A stretch of 60,738 nucleotides of DNA, filler included, from Basidiobolus ranarum (Eukaryota), in the NCBI GenBank assembly GCA_040143965.1. It is 12 parts of 12 records of this genome, joined end to end, with 100 filler letters (N's around TTAATTAATTAA, not from the genome) between each part and the next. Parts side by side here need not be neighbours in the genome. Positions count along the whole stretch, not along the records: positions 35,538 to 40,502 come from JASJQH010008639.1; positions 40,603 to 45,566 come from JASJQH010008640.1; positions 45,667 to 50,628 come from JASJQH010008641.1; positions 50,729 to 55,685 come from JASJQH010008642.1; 8 more parts are not named here. One strand, 5' to 3'. The position numbers and the translations under genes were made by a program. This document shows positions 37,917 through 50,859 of this stretch, in pieces. Position 1 is the stretch's first letter. Each line of letters starts with the position of its first letter. The notes beneath the pieces were generated by a model. That model worked only from the letters and a program-made list of their open reading frames with translations, searched no databases and was not told the DNA's origin.

Positions 37917-39032
37917 ATGTCGCAAACATACGCTCAAACTCATCAGCCTACCCAAGATGCGCAGCAAGGCTACTCTTCTTTCTCACAACAACAGTATGTC
38001 TACCCTGGGTCGCAATCTGGACACCAATATGGTGCCCTTCCGACCTATAATCAAGCCTTTAGAGGCAACGGTGGTACACCTGGTGGCTACCCAGGAGATG
38101 AAGACGATGATTTTAAATATGGTGTAAGCGTAGCACAATGCGAAGTGGAAATTAGAATGGGTTGGTGAAAGTGTTGTGTATATCAACTATTGAATGCTAA
38201 TTTTATTTTTTTGAAGCTTTCATCCGAAAGGTTTACACAATCTTGGCTACCCAGTTAGGTGCAACTGTTCTTGTTGGGAGCCTCTTCTTTTTCAACGAAC
38301 AAGCTCGTAATTGGGTCCAATCTAAGTAGGTTATTGTATGTAGATTCTGAGCATTTTCTCTATTTTAATACTTTGCTTTGAAGCCAATGGGCCTCACTTG
38401 TATCTATCTTCGGAGCACTTGGGGTTATGCTTGTCTTGTTTTGGAAACGTCATTCTTCTCCCTTAAATTTTTATTTACTTGGCGCTTTTACTTTACTTGA
38501 AGCTTACAGCGTTGGAACTATCGGTGAGTGCAGACAAGCAGTTGACATTTGCTATGCTTGATAATTAATATTGGTGTTATTCTCTAGTGACCTTCTATTC
38601 TGCTCGGGTGGTTCTGCAAGCATTGATTATCACATTTGCACTCTTTATTGGATTAACGCTCTTCACAATGCAATCAAAGTATGACTTTAGCGGTATGGGA
38701 TCAATGTACGTAATTTTTAAAGATTATAACCTGTTGAAACAATGTGTACTAATGGCCATGTTGATGTACCTAGACTCAATATCGTTCTTTGGCTGGTTGT
38801 AATTGCCTCTCTAGTACAAATCTTCTTCCCCTTTAGTAGCAAAGTTGATTTTGCGATTGCCATTGTAGTTGCACTTTTGTTCTGTGGATATATCGTTTAT
38901 GATACTTACATGATCATCAACCGCCTGTCTCCTGATGAGTATATCGTTGCCAGTATTGATCTCTATCTTGACATCCTGAATCTATTCTTAGCGATTCTAA
39001 GAATTCTAAATGAGCTGACTTCTGATAGTTAA
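37917..39032 (+). CDS. Bax inhibitor-1/LFG (TMBIM) family membrane protein; exons 37917-38160, 38217-38325, 38384-38523, 38588-38705, 38774-39032
   Basis: IRMAFIRKVYTIL, FTMQSKYDF, FCGYIVYDT and SPDEYIVASIDLYLDILNLFL. Four frame-consistent introns. Confidence 0.93.
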
Positions 39033-39466
39033 ACCTGTGTAATATAATCATGAACGTACACTTGTATCATTTCAGTCAAGTTAGATCTGTTTCTGATACT
39101 CATCAAGCTTGCCAACCTCTTTAGTTTAGCCAGTCCTTGGTCTTCAAATTTAATCGTAATCGTTACAGGTCTTCTGTATGTAATTTTTCTCATAAACTCG
39201 GTTAATGTAATAAATTCCATATCTAAAATATCAAATATTGCTAAGTTTTCATTGCAAGCATCAATCAAGAAGGTCACCGAGGCCACTCCATCGTGCCCAT
39301 GTTAGCTTACTTGATAGGTTACAAATGTCAGAAGGTTTAAATACGAAAATCGGAAGTAATTTATTCCAGTTATATACGATCCACTCTCATCTATGATATC
39401 ATTCAAGCTTTCCTGGTAGAGAGTTAGTTTGGGATTTGGTTTACAGTTGGGCTGTGATGAGTGGAA

Positions 39467-40434
39467 TCAGCTTTGCTTGGCCCTCGGAGCGAGATAATTC
39501 TGTATCCAACTAATTTGCGAATCTACTCGTGCGAAGGCTGCTGGCACATCAATATCGCAGCCCGCACTATAGCTGGTAACACCGATAAGGCATGGGTTTC
39601 CTTCAGTATCGAACGAAACTAGCGGTCCACCGGAATCTCCACAACATTCGTCTATCATAAATCAATGATTAGTTTCAATGGTGGTAAATCCATTCTCTTA
39701 AACGGAAGGGGGGGGGTGCATCAGGACCAATAATATAAAGTGATTCTTTGCACTTACTTTTTCCACCTTCCGTTGTTCCGACGCATACCACCGCTTTCGG
39801 GTCAAACGGCATATTCAGAGCGGTATACTTTTCCACACAGACATCCTCGTCGAATACTTTCATATCAATCTCTTGCAAAAGGTCAGGATATTCAGTGGCA
39901 GATATCAGGCCCCATCCTAGCGCCTTCACAGGATTCGAGATCGGCTGGCCCATTTGATGTAAAGGGATGCTAGTCACTGTGGGTGGAACAGCCTTGGCCA
40001 ACTTCAAGATAGCAACTAAATTATGAGTGATGATTTAGTGAGTGTATCTGGATAAACAAAAAAGGAAGCAAAGTTTTACAATCATTAACTGCCTCGTCCC
40101 TATTCCAATTTGGATGAATCGTGATGTTGACGGCTGGAATAGTCACCCCGCCCTCTTCTTCAGCTTTCTTCCTTAGATCCTGTCTTAGCAAGTGAACCAT
40201 CACATTTCCAACTGGCTTTTCATGGAAACAATGAGCAGCTGAAAGAATGGTGGTTGAGTCTAGAACTACACCACCACACCAACGCATGTCTCCGGTGGCA
40301 TTATTCTGAAGGTAAGTGAACGCCATCCATGGATAATTGCTGGGGGATTTTACAGCTGTACCTCCATATATTAGGTATTTAGGGTGTGTCATTTTGATGG
40401 GAACTGAACAAGCCAATCGGTGCAAACAGTACAT
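39467..40434 (-). CDS. S1 (chymotrypsin/trypsin-fold) serine protease; introns 40016-40079 and 39652-39757; 5' end uncertain
   Basis: IYGG mature N-terminus, LSAAHC, NDFAILKL and GDSGGP triad motifs. Confidence 0.92.
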
Positions 40435-41338
40435 GACTTCAGGTTTTTCAGATCACCGGTGAAAGCCAAACAACCATTTGGACATGAAGGCAGTTTAATT
40501 ACNNNNNNNNNNNNNNNNNNNNNNNNNNNNNNNNNNNNNNNNNNNNTTAATTAATTAANNNNNNNNNNNNNNNNNNNNNNNNNNNNNNNNNNNNNNNNNN
40601 NNAGCCTCTCGGGGATGGAAGCTTTGAGAGCGGTTATTTGTACCTGATTGTGTCAAGATAGCTGAGCGTGTATTATTATATTATTCTCTACAAATCTATT
40701 CTGAACTCGAAAAAGCATAAGTGAAGTTTTGAAAATACTATATCCATAGGAAACAAGTTACTATCGGGAATTCAATGATTATCTAGAAAGAGATTGTTGA
40801 AATATACAATATGTATTATTAGAGCCAAAGTTATGATTAACAGGCGTTTGTTGAACAATGATAAGACTGAGGATATTCGAGCCAAAGTTAAACGATTTAT
40901 AGACCGAATGCTATGAAGGATTATCAAGCGTTTGTTGATTCAATTCAACTAAACTCCAAAAACCATATAAATCAGCATGCATATGCCTGCATTAAACCCA
41001 ATATAAAATTAACAAACCAAACTCAATGTTAATGAAGCAACTACATCTCTATTGAACTTGCGTCTGCGAATTCAAACCAAAAATCAACTGTCTCTCAAAG
41101 TAAAATCGCAAGGAACACATTTGATTGAAAATTGTACCTAAATTTATTCCCAATAAATAGCAGACAAGTTAACGAAACTAATGTATTGGATAAGAATAAT
41201 ATATCACGAAAGAGAACCGCCTTGGAATGCAACAAATTTATTTATTTTCATCGAAAATAGAACAATAAATCGTAAACGTACCAACGTTTCCTAACCGCCA
41301 TTAAATTTGATCTAAGGAAGAATCAACATTGATTGGCT

Positions 41339-41734
41339 TTAAACAGTAGCAACCTTAGCAGTTTGCTTTTGGGCTTGAGTACCCTCACGGAAACCGTTCT
41401 TGAAGCGACGAGAAACTCCCTTAAGATGTCTCATACGACCGGTACCGGTGGTCTTTCTACGCTTAGCCTTTTCACCCCAGTTGAAGCTTCTGAGCTTGGC
41501 AGCGGGATATCCGCAGGAAGCACAGGTCTTCTTTTGGTTATGGAAGGAACGCTTGCCGCAACGACGGCAGAGAGTGTGAGACTTGGTATGACGCTTACCA
41601 AAACTTTGGGTACCCTTAGTCTATTATCGGTAGAAAGTAAAGTAGTTAGCAAAGGATCTTTGAAAATATATGTGTATCCAAGTTGTTGGATGTATGCTAT
41701 GCCATAGGAATGGATATCTTCTAATACATACCAT
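41339..41734 (-). CDS. RPL37: 60S ribosomal protein L37 (eL37); exons 41732-41734, 41339-41620
   Basis: [23 protein letters not shown]...CASCGYP...[17 protein letters not shown] 111-nt intron follows the ATG. Missed by the ORF track. Confidence 0.97.
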
Positions 41735-42310
41735 GTTTGATTGAGGCTTTCTAACGGCCGCTGAGGGATGGGAAAGAGAGGAATTTCACTAACTGGTATA
41801 ATTCCGTTTTATCAAACTTACTCTGAGCATCCAACAAATCTGTTATATGATTGGCTAATGTTTCAAACTTTCTACTGAAAAAATCCCTCGATACATACCC
41901 GGGTTATTGCTGGCTATGAAGAGATTTATCTGAGTAGTGTCAGTTAAACCATTAGTGCTTATCTTGACTAGTGTTTGATTAGCAATCAATTGTGTTCAGG
42001 GTAAACTAATGATTAAAATTGACTTGTGTGATCAGGGAAATTACTTAAGGTTTCGATAAAAGTTGAAAAAAATGTTACGAAAAGTTGGGATCTACATTGT
42101 GTGCAATAAAGGAAAAAAAAGAAAAATTAGTAAACTCAAAGTTACTAAAGAAAAAAAAGAAAAAAACCATTTTTCTTTATCGATTTCTCCTCCACTTTAA
42201 GGATCGATCATATATTCCAACCTTTTTTTTGGGTTATTATTGTTACGAAAATATTCTCAAGAGGAATTATTCTTTACCCAAACCTTACACATACATAGTC
42301 AATCCATATA

Positions 42311-43398
42311 ATGTCTGATATTTCTGATTCCGAAATTCCTGAAGCCATTCCTATGGAAGAGCTTTCGGATGCTGAACTTTCTTTCGATGAAGATACTATT
42401 CCCGAGCAAAGATTAACTGTTAATAATAAGGTGAGTTATTTACTTGTGTTTCTTCAAGTGGTGAAGGCAACTAAAACAATTTCCTTTCTGCTAAATAGGA
42501 AGGTTTAAACGAAGCTCTTGAAGAGATCAAACTCGATTTACCTTGGATAGAAACTCAAGCTATTACCTCTTCCGAACCACTTGTCGTTGAGGATGTTTCA
42601 AATGATTTGAAACGTGAATTGGCTTTGTAAGTCAATTATTGTAACTTACTTGCATAATAATCAAGTGATGTTAATATTGTATTTCTCATAGTTACAACCA
42701 AGCTTTAGAGGCTGCTAAAGAAGCTCGTACCAGAATCACCGATGCTGGTATTCCTTTCACCCGTCCTGACGATTACTTTGCTGAAATGGTCAAGTCTGAT
42801 GAACACATGCAAAGGGTAATTTTCATCTTACAGATTCATCTGTCGGTTATATATTATTAAACATGATAAATTGGCAATTATAGGTTAGACAACGTCTTCT
42901 CGACGAGTCACAGTCTATCAAAGCTTCAGAGGAAGCTCGTAAGCAGCGTGACTTGAAGAAGTTCGGTAAGAAGGTTCAAGTAGAGAAGATAAAGGAACGT
43001 CAAATGCAGAAGACACAAGAACTAGAGAAGATCAAGGCGGTCAAGAGAAGTAAGTGTTCTAATAATCGTTTAATCCGTTTGACTGAGTACTAATGGGTTT
43101 GCCATTTAAAGAGTTGAAGGACGGTGAGATGAAAGATGATGAATTCGACATCGCTATCTCTGATGATGATGAGGCTTCAATCACCAAAAAGAAATCTAAG
43201 ATGCCCGGTAAGAACATGAAGAGAGACAAGAAGAATGCCAAGTTCGGGTTTGGTGGACGTAAGCGTAATAGCAAGAGCAATACAGCCGAAAGTACCAATG
43301 ATGATTCTGGATTTAGTGCAAAGAAGATGAAACAGGGATTCAAGAGTGGCAAGCCACAGAGATTAGGTAAATCTCGGCGCCAAAACAGTCGCAAGTAA
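42311..43398 (+). CDS. EBP2: rRNA-processing protein Ebp2; exons 42311-42430, 42499-42626, 42692-42815, 42884-43049, 43112-43398
   Basis: LPWIET, DLKRELAFYNQAL, RPDDYFAEMVKSDEHM, LKKFGKKVQ and KFGFGGRKR. Confidence 0.95.
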
Positions 43399-44559
43399 AT
43401 CCCATCCAAGTTTCAAGTTTCTTTAATTAACATTAAACCTAGTTTGTATACAATTATATTCAAAGTTATGAGAAAAAAATAGAATAAAGGCTGACCATGT
43501 CATCGCATAAAATGATGTTTCTACTCTATCAGTGATTGAATGAGATTGGTTGTCATTGGTCTTTTCTACTCTTTGCACTTTAAACTAATCCTGACAGAAG
43601 ATGAGCCAATGTTTGCGCACTCTCGGTACCAGCAATCGAAAGTAAATACCGAGGTGTCACCAGTCTAAAGCAAATATAACAGGTGTCAGGTCCCTGAGCT
43701 GACCCTAAGGATATTGGCAACATGAACATATGGCAGTATTACCAGTTTCGTACATCATCGGTTTCAATTAGCTCAGATATGCTGAATGACCTGTTATATA
43801 GGTAATGCTGGATTACCTCGTACATGGCGAATGATGGATTGACTCCTATATAACTAATATTGGATTAGTGCTATTCTTTGTATTGATGTTTGTTCATCTT
43901 ATTCGGTTCACATCGCCTGGCTGAAATGCGAGTAAGGCTGCAGCATTGAGGGGTGGCTAACGAAATTATGGTAGATAGTTTGGTAAAAAGCGTAAAAAGC
44001 GTAAAATTCTAAACAATCCCTGATTTGATTAATGTTATCTCCTACACTTTGTCATATATTAGGGGCTTTTGTGGCTCAGCTAACTAGACTCAGCTAGTTG
44101 AATAGAATGTACGAGGGGCTACTGACTATCATCAAGGTTCCCTGCCTGAGTGTCTAGGCGAGAATTACAAGATCACTCTGCATTCTAACGGATCTTCATG
44201 CAGAAGTAGCTTCAAACGACGATGTAGTAATATATACATATATATACTTCACCATTACACATTCATGTTGATTGTATGCAGTTTCACCAGAGTGCTCTTA
44301 CCCTTACCCTTGCTCTTACCCTACATACGTCAAGCATGTTGTACATTTGCATTATCGTTTTAAGGCTTATTTCCAAGAAACCAGTAATAAAATGGAGATA
44401 ACATAGGCCGTGCTCATGTCTAAAGGAAATAAGCTACTTAATCTCCAACACCAACCAATCTAAAATCCTTATTAAATCTTGCCGAATGCATACGTTGCTC
44501 AAAGGGGCAACAATGTTTGAGTAGCTTCAGCCCTGTTGTGATTAACCACTCCACCGTGC

Positions 44560-45250
44560 AGCTAATAAAAGTAAAAACATGGCTTGTATTCGGATCTCAT
44601 TTGCCTGAAACCCTCCAAACATTGAGTCTATTTGTTGGGAGTTGCAGCAGTATACGGGAGTGGATTGAAAGATCAAACTCGCGTTAATGAGGTTATGTGG
44701 TTCTCTGTTCTTGATGGTTTTTTTCCTTTTGTGCCAGGAGGCTTTGGCTTCAAAGCCAATTTTGACTTAGATTTTGAAGGCTTTTTGAATGGCATAGAAA
44801 TTTTCAGATGGTAAACTTGGTGTAATGAAATTGCTTAGAAACAGCTTATGATAAACCAAATTGCCATCCATTACCAGAAATATCTTGTAAATCTTATGAT
44901 AACTCATCTGTGACACCATCTCAGAATCAGCTGATGATATTAATGGGCTATATCTAAAATACCACCCTTATGTAGGAGGTGCTCTTTTTTCTACAATATC
45001 CTTCTCATGCCACAACACAAACATTTAAAGAAGCCCTGCTATTATTATCACAATTTCTTGTGCTATGAAAGCCAGAGGGTTCAAAGAAAAAATAATCACA
45101 AGCATGGTGACTGCACAAAGCCTGGTGAATAACAACAGTAATAAGTGCACAAAATCAACTAGAGTTTTGCCCAGTGAGTCCACTGACTTTACTTTGTCTC
45201 AAAGCTTTGGTAACACTGCCAAAAGTCAAGATACCATGGAGTTACCATAG
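44560..45250 (+). repeat. Unclassified dispersed repeat family, copy 2
   Basis: Inverted homolog of about 52505-53200. Shares its end with 8335-8395. Confidence 0.75.
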
Positions 45251-45257
45251 TTTTATA

Positions 45258-45566
45258 TATTGGGAAAATATGGGCTGTTTGGAGGAACTTTAGAAAAGTA
45301 GAGTTGTGAAGGGCTTTGTCAGATAATTGTTTGTTGTCCAGAAATAAAGCATTTATACTCTTTGGTGGAAATACAGAAAACTAACACTGGGGTTGTGTTC
45401 GGAACATCTGTAGGAGTAAAATGAGCTATCTTTGGGGCAATTTGGATGAGTTTGAGATTTCCAATATGGAATTGCTAATTCTCACATTATTCACATATAT
45501 ATATAATATATGTTCTGCTTTTCAGCTAAGTGATATTTGCTAAGTAATGTTAACTAACTTATATGT
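45258..45566 (-). repeat. Copia LTR family C, partial
   Basis: Matches 54090-54395 (TATTGGGAAAATATGGGCTGT...). Confidence 0.85.
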
Positions 45567-46141
45567 NNNNNNNNNNNNNNNNNNNNNNNNNNNNNNNNNN
45601 NNNNNNNNNNTTAATTAATTAANNNNNNNNNNNNNNNNNNNNNNNNNNNNNNNNNNNNNNNNNNNNCATGTGGTGTGACTATCAAACTCAAATCGTTGTA
45701 TAAATAAGTGAAGTTTAAATGGCAGTCTAGCATATCTAGAGTTCTCGTAGTAGTTATATTTGATTTGCCCCGAAATTGTAACAGATTAAGCCAATAGGCA
45801 TCTATTGTACCTTCATTTCATCAATGTTAAAGAGGTACATAAAGTAATCAGAGAACATCATGGACAAAATACCTTTTAATTTTACTACAATCGTGATATT
45901 TTCCACCTTTGTTTCTACTCTAATTCTTTTTATTCAGTTAATATTAAGCTATTGCTTGGTGACCTTATCGCTAGTTTACTTCAGCTTGATCCCTTCATCT
46001 CTCCTATTTGCGTTACTGTTGGTGAAGTTTGATATACGGCTTTGTTCTTACGAAGAATTTATTGTCAAAGCCCTAGATAGCCCTATTTGGTCGTATTTAA
46101 TTACTACATATTTTTCCCCTTTTAACATTTTTATCCAGAAA

Positions 46142-49129
46142 ATGTATAAACAATACATCGATGACACGCCTCCTCCAAATGTGCAACGCGCCTATTCTCC
46201 AGACCAGTCGGACAACTCTTCACGTCGGTCTCCTCAACATAGCCTGTCAGAGGAGCGTAGTGCAGTCTCTCTACTCCAAAACCAAGGTGGACCATATTTA
46301 CAATCTTCATTCACACCAGAACCCCAGTATCCAGCACCTTTCCCAATCCCTTATCAGTTACCGTATCCTGAATCCTACCCTCTTCAGGGTTATCCATTTC
46401 TGCCAGCACCTGAGCCTCCCATTGATTCCCGCTTTACTTATCCACAAGAGTTTGCTGCGCATGAACTTTTTCAAAACGAAAGTATATCTCAGGAGAATCA
46501 ACTTCCATCTGATCAAATAGACAACGAGCCTATCCAGGTGATAGCTGAGCCTGAGAGACCACGTAGGCGTGTTCCTGTTCAGGGTCTTTATGATACTACT
46601 TTTGCACCCCCAGAAAATGCACGACGTTTCGAGCAATATGTAGAAGAACGTCGTCGTAGTTTGAAGCACATCGAGTTAACTAGCGGAAATCTGGTATTGG
46701 ATTGTCCGGTACCTGACAGAGTTTTAGCTTCGGCGCATTACAAAGACCAACGCGAGTTCACTCATATGAGATATACAGCTGTTACATGTGACCCAGATGA
46801 GTTTCTAGCTTCTAAATACACACTACGTCAAGCAGTGTATGGCCGTAGTACTGAGTTATTTGTTGTGATGACTATGTACAATGAAGATGAAAACCTCTTT
46901 ATCAAAACCTTTAGTGGAGTTATTAAGAATATCCGCCATCTCTGTACAAGAAGCCGCTCCAAAACATGGGGCAAGGAGGGTTGGACCAAAGTGGTAGTGT
47001 GCATTGTTGCTGATGGTCGCACCAAAATCCACCACAGAGTGTTAAAGGTATTGAGCGCTATAGGCGTTTATCAAGAGGAGATTGCGCAAAGTTCAGTCAA
47101 TGGAACAGACGTTACAGCACATATATATGAATACACGACGCAGCTTTATGTCAACAAGAATCTACAAGTCAAGTCGATCACCGAAAAGAATTATGTACCA
47201 ACTCAGATCATCTTCTGTCTGAAAGAAAAGAATAAGAAGAAGTTGAACTCCCATCGTTGGTTCTTCAACGCTTTTGCTCCATTGTTGAACCCTAATGTAT
47301 GTGTTCTCCTAGATGTCGGAACTAGACCTAGTGGCACTTCTATATATCATCTATGGAAAGGTATGTTATTTCACATTTTCATTCCTCCAAATGCCAGAGT
47401 GCTAATTTTATTTCCCAAATCTAGCCTTTGATCGTAATCAAAATGTCGGAGGAGCCTGTGGTGAGATTTGTGTAGAACTAGGCACTGGTTGGAAGAACTT
47501 GATAAATCCATTGGTTGCAGCTCAGAATTTCGAGTACAAAATGAGTAATATTTTAGATAAACCTTTGGAAAGTGTATTTGGCTATATTAGTGTATTGCCC
47601 GGTGCGTTCTCTGCATATCGATATGCTGCGTTAAAGAATACCGCGCCTGGGATAGGACCCCTAGCATCTTATTTCAAAGGAGAAACCATGCACGGAGCTG
47701 ATGCAACTGGAGGCATATTCGAAGCCAATATGTACCTGGCTGAAGATCGTATTTTATGTTTCGAATTAGTTGCTAAAAAGAATTGCAATTGGGTATTGAG
47801 ATACGTTAAGGTAAATCTATGATGTTCACGGCTTCTAGCTTTATTGTGATTAACTGATTGATTTACTTCAGGCTGCTAAAGCTGAGACAGATGTGCCTGA
47901 TAGCTGGCCGGAATTCATATCCCAACGTAGACGTTGGCTCAATGGGTCTTTGTTTGCTGCTTTCTTTGCTACTGCGCATTGGATGAGAATCTATGGAACA
48001 GAACATGGGTTTTTCCGAAAGATTCTGTTTTTTGTCCAGTTTTTATTTAATATAATCTCCCTGTTTTTCAGTTGGTTCACTTTGGTAAGCTCAGCTCTCT
48101 CCACGTTCATAAGACAAACGTCATATTCTATGTAATGTAGTATTAACATCCGATCTCTCAAATCAGGGTAATTTTTACTTGACATTCTATTTCCTGGCTG
48201 ATGCGGCTGTACCGAAAAATCCGGATGGCACTAACAGACATGGCTATGATCCTGATCATCCAGATCCGTTCTTTGGATATTCTTGGATAGTGTTCCCTAT
48301 TGCGAGACAGATCTTTTTGCTGGGAATTATAGTACAGTTCATCCTTTCTCTCGGAAATCGTCCTCAAGGCTCTAAAGCGATCTACTTACTGTGCGTATGC
48401 ATCTTCGCCTTTATTATGGCCATCATGTTGTATACGGTTGGGTTCAACTTATACTCGTATTTCTCCAACCCTAACAATACTCAACTCTTAATGGAGCATC
48501 CTTTCACTAAAGATAGTCTGAATTTGTTCATCGCGTTGGCTTCTACTTATGGACTATACATAGTCTCCTCTATTCTATACCTTGATCCTTGGCATATGAT
48601 TACTTCTTTTATCCAATATCTGTTTATCTTTCCTTCGTACGTGAACATTCTGATGGTGTATGCGTTTTGCAACACCCACGACGTTTCCTGGGGTACCAAA
48701 GGTGACAATGGGTCCACGGGTGATTTGGGTAAAGTAATGGTGCAAACGACCAAACAAGGAAAAGAAGTAGCAGCTTTAGCGGTACCAAGCCAACGCCAAG
48801 ACATCAACGCGATTTATGAAGAGACGGTGAAAGACTTAGCTATACGCCCCGTAGTTAAGAAAGATAAACGTGATGCTCAAACCAAGAAAGAAGATTACTA
48901 TCGATTATTCCGCACGCGCACCGTGTTGGTTTGGATCTTTTCGAATGTTGTTCTAATTCTAGTATTTCAAGCAATTGAGAGCAACTCGTGGTTTAACATG
49001 AAATCTCCGCAAGTGTCCGGATCTAGTCACCTTTACCTTACGTTCATATTCTGGGCCGTTGCTGTGCTCTCTCTCGTCAAATTTATAGGTTGCTTTGCCT
49101 ACCTATGTCTAAACTGTATTTGTGGTTAA
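46142..49129 (+). CDS. CHS: Chitin synthase, division 1 (class I/II-like); exons 46142-47360, 47425-47810, 47872-48084, 48167-49129
   Basis: [40 protein letters not shown] and SWGTKG. Three frame-consistent introns. The start codon is inferred. Confidence 0.96.
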
Positions 49130-50728
49130 ATCGCAGCCATCTAGTATTCCTTAGCATTGATACCCTTCCCTACCCTAAATTTTGTTTAATTCCATAATGT
49201 AATTGTTTGCAAACTGATGAGGTTACTTTTTTGATTCGGTGTCTAACTTTAATTTCTTTACGACCAATGATTTTGGACTAATAATTTAAGGAACTTCCAT
49301 AAACTTAAATAGAACATTCAAATAGAAATGTTGATTCTGCACAGTAATAGGCTAGACATGGATGTAACTCAGTGAAGAAAAGTGCTTTCCAAATGTGTCA
49401 CTATCATTAGGATACAACATCTGCACTTTCTATTGTAATTTGACCATTACAGACTGTGCGCAAGCAAGCCCCAGGCAAAGATCAACCGATAGCAGCAGAG
49501 CAAAGCCCAATGCAAAATATATTTAACCTATGCACACTAATCTCATGCTGACTCAACTCCCATTGTTCCTAACCTATAGGTCAGATTCAGATCGACAATC
49601 CCAAAGATTAATGAGAACATGTCTCTTTACAACATGCAGAACAGCATCCGGAAATAATGTTAGAAAGTGATAGTCAGTGGTGCTTTTGAAATGCACTAAG
49701 GGTTTCACAAAAGCATTCAAAAGGCTCCTGGTGAGTTTCATGATTTACAACAGCATGAATTAGCAATAGAGCCACCAATCTCATACTGGACAAATTAGTT
49801 GGATTCGGAATGCAATTTGATTGATCAAATACTTCATGACAAATTGTATTCTGGTTACATCTAGAATTTCTAAATAGCAAACATTCAAATCCACTTCCCG
49901 ATTATCCCCATCACCTCTATCCAACTAGATGCTTGTGGTCGAGCAATTGGCCTAACCCGTGAGGACTGGGCATCGCCTGCAAATCATTCCCCGGTGCTTG
50001 CCCTTGTTTCAGTATTAGGATCCTAACCGAAGGATACTCTTCAGCTTGGACCTCACCACATCTCTCACCCTTACTATAATTGCTTGCTAGTAAGTACCGT
50101 TGCTCAGATGCCCGTCTCAGTCAGAGCCACTTAGTATGCAGAGTAGTTGGGAGGCTACACCCTTGCACTCTATCCCCAGTTCAACCTTATCCAGGCAGGC
50201 TCTGAGAGCAGCAGAATCAACGGTATAGGAGCATTTGAATCCAATACCAAGTCAGAGTGATTTGGCATTGCAGGAATCATTCAAGCTCAAGGGTTGGTAC
50301 AAATAAAATATTGATGTGAATCAGACCAATCCTGTGGAAACTCCGCCGAGCAATGTCTTGAAATCCTCCGAGACAACGGTGTTCCAGTGCTTCTGGGCCA
50401 ATAGGTGAGAAAGCTCAAGATTGAGTAGATCGCTGCATCAACATTACGATCAAGCTACAGGAATGGAAACTGGGCCTCAGGAACCAATCTATACTACATG
50501 GTTTATCTCAACACACAACTGAACTGTATGTCGGTGATTATCGAATGGCAGCTAGCATACAGTTCTAAGTGAGAGCGGTTGTGTTACATCCCAGCAATCT
50601 GATAGGTCTCATGCCCGAAAGTAAATTTNNNNNNNNNNNNNNNNNNNNNNNNNNNNNNNNNNNNNNNNNNNNTTAATTAATTAANNNNNNNNNNNNNNNN
50701 NNNNNNNNNNNNNNNNNNNNNNNNNNNN

Positions 50729-50854
50729 CAATAAAGATTCTTGCCAAAGTATCTTCCTTGTCCAGTCTTGTCTTGTGGTCTACACCCAAGTACTCTCCTG
50801 CCTTCTAGCCTCTTGTCGTTGTTTCCAGTCCTTGTCCAGCTCCTTATTGTGACA
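50729..50854 (+). repeat. 3' end of gypsy LTR (same family as 7793-8334)
   Basis: Near-identical to 8202-8334, ending TTGTGACA. Confidence 0.92.
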
Positions 50855-50859
50855 CTATT

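Noticed and set aside
41052-41140. Sm-site-like GAUUUUUGG plus 3' hairpin on the minus strand, downstream of RPL37
   Set aside because: No U1, U2, U4 or U5 conserved sequence upstream (the invariant U5 loop is absent). Plausible by chance in AT-rich DNA.
41333-41707. 124-aa plus-strand ORF and other antisense ORFs (29610-30146, 33005-33304, 43059-43409)
   Set aside because: Shadows of real genes on the opposite strand.
44295-44322. Telomere-like CTTACC repeats
   Set aside because: Three imperfect internal units, too short.
45860-46141. Hydrophobic N-terminal extension of chitin synthase
   Set aside because: T-rich sequence ending in a pyrimidine tract and CAG just before ATG 46142. More likely intron or UTR read-through.
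49900-50628. Possible LINE endonuclease remnant (ANHSPV; also IVIGGFN near 53555)
   Set aside because: Single degenerate motifs with no supporting RT sequence.
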